This document shows positions 32,627 to 36,629 of a stretch of 36,629 bases of DNA, in pieces (position 1 is the first letter of the stretch; each line of letters begins with the position of its first letter). Source of the stretch: an uncultured Pseudomonadales bacterium (lineage in GTDB: Bacteria > Patescibacteriota > Microgenomatia > UBA1400 > MFAQ01); NCBI GenBank assembly GCA_964352325.1, contig CAYGRQ010000001.1, forward strand, positions 1-36,629, read 5' to 3'. A program made the position numbers and the translations under genes. Below the pieces are notes generated by a model that saw only the letters and a program-made list of their open reading frames with translations, searched no databases and was not told the DNA's origin.

Positions 32627-33828
32627 TTCTTTTTGGCAAGCGACAAATAAATCTGAGACAGCTTTTCGGCTATTTTCTCATAATCGAACTTTTCTACCAC
32701 TATTTTCCTAGAATTCATCCCCAATTGCTTGCCCAACTTCGGGGATTTCATTATTCTGACCAGCTGTTTACTGAAGGTTATCGGGTCATCACCGATAAGG
32801 ACGTCTCTATCCTCAACCGCCCCCAAGCCGGAGATACCGACAGAGGTGGTCACCATGGGCAGCTGACTAGCCATGGCAGCTAGGTTTTTAAGTCTGGTAC
32901 CACCGGGACCCTTAACGGGTGAGGCGAAAACGGTTGCCTCGGCGTAAGCTTCCGCCGTCCCCGCAATGTCGTCCTCTTGGAGCGAGCGGACTTCGATATC
33001 TTGACTGGCATATTTTTTGATACTTTCGGGAATATGTTGGCCGACAATCAAAACCTTGGCTTCGGGAACGTCATTTTTTACCAGTGGGAAGATCTCGTCT
33101 AAAAGAATTTTGGCGGCTTCGATGTTTTGTAACCATTTGAAGTTGTTCGAGATGAGAATAATTGGAGGTTGCTTGTTCCAGTTTTCGGTTTTTTTGAAAA
33201 AATCCAAATTGACACCGTTGGGAACAATTTCCACATCAATGTTAGGTTCGACCTTGAGCATTTCTTCTTTGTCTTTCTCGGAAACGGCGATGACTTTGTC
33301 TGCCTGGCGCCAATAATATCTCTCCCAGTATTTCAGTTTGGCGACATCGACGGCGAGGAGGGGCCGAAGGAAGAAAGGAGCGGTATGTTTGACGTAATGA
33401 TCATAGACTTGGTACTCGATTGTCTGGTCGACGAGCACTACTGGTAAATTGGTTTTGGGGATATGGGGCATGGCATAAAAAGTTTCAGCGTGGATGAGGT
33501 CATAGTGGCCGGTTTTAAGTTCTGCTTCAACCGCTTTTTTTGCCTCCGGGGAGAAATTCCTGACGACCAGGAAGGGGTTCATCGAGAAGCCCGTCCGCAG
33601 AATATTTGAAAGCATCCAGGGTTTCTCGGGACGATAAAAGACCCGGACTTTTTTACAGAAGCTTTTTTCCAGAATCGGAATATATTGTTCTTCTTTTTTG
33701 TATTTAATCAAGGAGAAGAGAGTAATTTCGTGCTTTTTCTTGAGATGTTTCAATAGGTTCTGGGTCCGAATCTGACCACCGGAGGAATCCGGATAAGGCA
33801 GATAGGGGGTGAACATTAGGATTTTCAT
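32623..33828 (-). CDS. Glycosyltransferase family 4 (GT-B)
   Basis: [29 protein letters not shown] and a GT-B C-terminal domain. Confidence 0.8.
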   Translation of the reverse strand: MKILMFTPYLPYPDSSGGQIRTQNLLKHLKKKHEITLFSLIKYKKEEQYIPILEKSFCKKVRVFYRPEKPWMLSNILRTGFSMNPFLVVRNFSPEAKKAVEAELKTGHYDLIHAETFYAMPHIPKTNLPVVLVDQTIEYQVYDHYVKHTAPFFLRPLLAVDVAKLKYWERYYWRQADKVIAVSEKDKEEMLKVEPNIDVEIVPNGVNLDFFKKTENWNKQPPIILISNNFKWLQNIEAAKILLDEIFPLVKNDVPEAKVLIVGQHIPESIKKYASQDIEVRSLQEDDIAGTAEAYAEATVFASPVKGPGGTRLKNLAAMASQLPMVTTSVGISGLGAVEDRDVLIGDDPITFSKQLVRIMKSPKLGKQLGMNSRKIVVEKFDYEKIAEKLSQIYLSLAKKK

Positions 33829-35261
33829 TTCTTTTTGGCGGTTAGGTCGATAATGATGTAGCGATCGGTCTTTGCTAAAGTGGAATATTGTTTTTCTAGA
33901 TTTCTCGCTTCGTCATCGTAAACGACCGAAACATAAGCAGTCGCCCCCGCCTTGATTTTTTCGTCGATATAAAAGCCGATGGGCCAACCCGTCCGGTTGG
34001 TTTGGAAAAGAAAGGCGGTGTCACCGTTATAAGGGGCAATCACCTTCGCGTCTTTTGGAAGAATTTGATCGGCCTTTCGGCCCGCCTCGACAATCGGCCA
34101 GTTGTTGACTTGATAGTAACCGCGGATGGTGTACCAGGAGACAAACAGCGAATAAATCGTGAGACCGCTGATCATAAAAACAACCGTTTTCTTGCCCAAA
34201 TAATTTCCCGGAAGGTCGATGAGAAAAGCGATCCCCCGACCAATGGCCAGAGCGACAAAAGGCATTAGAAAAAACTGGTAATAATCGTGTTGAACATTGC
34301 CGCCGGCAAAAATTGATAAATAAGCGAAAAGACAAACTGCCCAGGTGATATAAAAGAGGCGCGATTTATCTTTCTTGAAAATCCCCAAGATCAGAGGCAG
34401 GATACCGGCAACGCCCAAGATCAAGACGCCCAGGCGAACCTCGAACAGCCAGCGAAAGAAGGCGCCCTTGAAACGGATGTTATCTTTGTTGTAAAGCCAG
34501 TCGGAAACCGGAATGCCTTCAGGAAAACGAAGAATCCAATTGCGCCAAAGTATAAGCGGCAGGCCGCTAACGCCAATGAGGGCCAGGGAGAAAAAATAGT
34601 CTTTGAGTTTGGCCTGCTTGACAAAACAGAGAACCAAGTAGAGAGGGGTAAGAAAAATGGCATAGGGTTTGACCAGGAGGGCCAGAGTCAAACTAAGAAG
34701 TGAAAAAAGATAGAAAGATGGGTTTTTCTTCTCGAGCCAAAGAGAAAAGAGGGCCAGGGAAAGAGTGGAAAAAGCCAGAAGAGCCGGCTCGGGAAGAATA
34801 GTTCGACTGAAGTAAACCGAATAAGGAAAAATACTAAAAACTACGGCGCCGACCAGTCCGGTCAGGGGTCCACTAAGAGATCGGCCCAATAAGTAAATGG
34901 AGACGATGGTGATCAGAGAGAAGAGGACCGAGACCAACCTACCGACCAAAACCTCCTGGGCTTGAAGATGAAGGATTTGGATTAGAGCGGCGGTGGCGCC
35001 ATTGATGATAGGGAACTCAACCATGCGGTAACCGGCGGGGTTTTCTTTTCCCGACTGAATATTAGAGAGGTCGTGATACTTTGGGACAAGCCAATTTAGA
35101 CCATGTTTGAGGTACTCCCGGGTGACTGAGGCGGTGTCGGCTTGGCGAAAGGAGTGCCAGTCGGCGACGGGGTTGTCAATTTTGTAAAGCCGCAAGACCA
35201 GGGCGAGAACGAGAATCGCGGCTACGAAAAAAAATTCCAGTCGGGGGGTGATGTTTTTCAT
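33825..35261 (-). CDS. GT-C fold membrane glycosyltransferase (family 39/83, ArnT/PMT-like)
   Basis: About 11 predicted TM segments, a first-loop motif ADWHSFRQADTASVTREY, and a ~100 aa soluble C-terminal domain. Confidence 0.7.
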   Translation of the reverse strand: MKNITPRLEFFFVAAILVLALVLRLYKIDNPVADWHSFRQADTASVTREYLKHGLNWLVPKYHDLSNIQSGKENPAGYRMVEFPIINGATAALIQILHLQAQEVLVGRLVSVLFSLITIVSIYLLGRSLSGPLTGLVGAVVFSIFPYSVYFSRTILPEPALLAFSTLSLALFSLWLEKKNPSFYLFSLLSLTLALLVKPYAIFLTPLYLVLCFVKQAKLKDYFFSLALIGVSGLPLILWRNWILRFPEGIPVSDWLYNKDNIRFKGAFFRWLFEVRLGVLILGVAGILPLILGIFKKDKSRLFYITWAVCLFAYLSIFAGGNVQHDYYQFFLMPFVALAIGRGIAFLIDLPGNYLGKKTVVFMISGLTIYSLFVSWYTIRGYYQVNNWPIVEAGRKADQILPKDAKVIAPYNGDTAFLFQTNRTGWPIGFYIDEKIKAGATAYVSVVYDDEARNLEKQYSTLAKTDRYIIIDLTAKKK

Positions 35262-36583
35262 GATTTTGTGCTCATGGCTAAGCCGGTAAAGGCCCAGAAA
35301 AGGATGGCGATTTTGCTGGCTTCAAAAACGTCCAGGAAGATAGCGGAGATGAGAAAGGCGGAAAAGGCCCCCAAAGTACCTAAGGCAATGATCTTGTCGA
35401 GATTGCTCCCCGCCTTGAGATAACGATAGTAGAGACCACGACCAAGGGCAATAAGGACGGCGATGAAGGCGGCGAAACCGAGTAACCCAGTTTCACCGAG
35501 CGCGCGAAGGTATTCGTTATCGGTTGCCAGAGTAATTGAGGAGTAGCCGGTACCCAAGATAGGATTTTTATAGAATGAGCGCAGGGCACGGGGCCACTCA
35601 ATGTCGAACCTGATGCTGGTCGAGCGGTCTTGTTGGATTGGCCGGAGCGTTTCGGCGGCGAAAACCGGCCGAATGACTAAACTAGTCTGGACCTTCGATT
35701 GAAAAACGCGGAAAAGATTGCCCAGACGCGCCATTAAATTCGGACTGGTTAGAATACTGGCACCGACCAAGAAAACCAGAATAATACCCAGAGCCAGACG
35801 TTTTCGTAAGAAACAAATTAAACTAATGGAAAAAACCAGCCCAAAAATGGCGATGCGAGAACCAGTTTGGGTCAGAATCCACAGCAAGGTGATAAAACCA
35901 AGGAGCAAACCGGTAAGGTGGATTTTCTTTTTGGTGAAAGTGAGTAGCGATGAAATATAGGCCATGATCATGATGAGGTAGATGGCCAGATCGTAGTGAC
36001 CGGCGAAAGTACTGGAGAGCATCACGCCTGGTTGAAGCGTCAGGGCGATCCCTTTGGCAAACTCGGTGTTCATGGTGGAGATCACCGGTGCCTGAAAATA
36101 GAGCTGGGCGATACCATAGAGAAAGACGCCGATGGCGGGAAGAAGAATCAACTGAAATAGAAAACGGCGTGAACTCCAACTTTCCCGGCCAACGTAATAG
36201 GCAAAGAAAAAAACCAGTAGGTATTCCAGGCGTCTGGCCCAATGAAAGATAGTCAGTAGCGGGTTGACATTCTTGGTGATCAGAAGCGCCGACAAGACCG
36301 AAAGGGCGCCGATGGCAAGATAAACAAGTACCTGGAAGCCAAGGGGTGGCAACTTGAACTTTCTGGTTAATAATAGGTGAACAACGAGGATAACAGTGGT
36401 GAAACCGATTAGAAAATCTTCAGCCCGAATGGCGACGGCAGAACCGGGCAAAAAAAACAGGGGAAACTTTGGGTAAAGAGGGATGAAGATAAAGATGGCC
36501 GCGGTCAGGTATTTAAGCAAGCCCGCCGATTTGGCGGACAAGGAGGCGAAGAATCTGGCTATAGGCTTGTCGTGCGGTGGCAT
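35258..36583 (-). CDS. O-antigen ligase/polymerase family (Wzy_C-like) membrane protein
   Basis: A polytopic membrane protein with a TQTGSRIAIFGLVFS segment and a large loop before the last TM segments. It overlaps the next gene by 4 nt. Confidence 0.7.
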   Translation of the reverse strand: MPPHDKPIARFFASLSAKSAGLLKYLTAAIFIFIPLYPKFPLFFLPGSAVAIRAEDFLIGFTTVILVVHLLLTRKFKLPPLGFQVLVYLAIGALSVLSALLITKNVNPLLTIFHWARRLEYLLVFFFAYYVGRESWSSRRFLFQLILLPAIGVFLYGIAQLYFQAPVISTMNTEFAKGIALTLQPGVMLSSTFAGHYDLAIYLIMIMAYISSLLTFTKKKIHLTGLLLGFITLLWILTQTGSRIAIFGLVFSISLICFLRKRLALGIILVFLVGASILTSPNLMARLGNLFRVFQSKVQTSLVIRPVFAAETLRPIQQDRSTSIRFDIEWPRALRSFYKNPILGTGYSSITLATDNEYLRALGETGLLGFAAFIAVLIALGRGLYYRYLKAGSNLDKIIALGTLGAFSAFLISAIFLDVFEASKIAILFWAFTGLAMSTKS

Positions 36584-36629
36584 TGGCTTTGATTATCCCA
36601 AAAATGACATACCTTAGCAATGAACCGAC

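Overview
This is a gene-dense 36.6 kb window with about 36 CDS and one tRNA, and almost everything is on the minus strand. The standard genetic code applies, since TGA acts as a stop at several ATGA stop/start junctions. Small proteins, 4-nt gene overlaps, a DUF4012 protein and abundant GIY-YIG and Y1-transposase-like genes suggest a small-genome bacterium, possibly CPR/Patescibacteria (Microgenomates-like). That assignment is inference only.

Reading along the minus strand:
- 36583 to 25885: a cell-envelope glycan cluster. It holds an O-antigen-ligase-like protein, a GT-C/GT39-like protein, three GT4 and one GT2 glycosyltransferases, manC, a PglC-type priming sugar transferase and DUF4012.
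- 25878 to 23123: recO, glyQS and a lipoprotein.
- 22298 to 12163: a compact dcw cluster, mraZ-rsmH-ftsL-ftsI-dgkA-mraY-ftsW-murG-ftsQ-ftsA-ftsZ. It contains no mur ligases.
- 11418 to 2663: a PIG-L deacetylase, ileS, rodA, rplU, an RNA methyltransferase, rpmA, parB (convergent with lepB), tRNA-Val(CAC) and a YgjP-type metallopeptidase.
- On the plus strand: a large secreted lectin-fold plus LCAT-like lipase fusion, and at the left edge the N-terminus of a GT2 on the minus strand.

The non-housekeeping signal sits in three small nuclease-gene cassettes, each bracketed by direct repeats:
1. A GIY-YIG gene lies between a degenerate copy of the tRNA-Val 5' half and the intact tRNA-Val.
2. A second GIY-YIG gene sits inside three concentric repeat layers, wedged between the lipoprotein gene and the mraZ promoter. 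The layers are 40-bp inverted repeats, 54-bp direct repeats, and 13-bp terminal inverted repeats flanked by a perfect 102-bp duplication.
3. A RAYT/IS200-like Y1 (HUH) transposase homolog is bounded by identical 25-bp REP-like palindromes, with a third copy in frame inside its own gene.

No CRISPR array, rRNA, riboswitch-sized leader or recognisable defence operon was seen.
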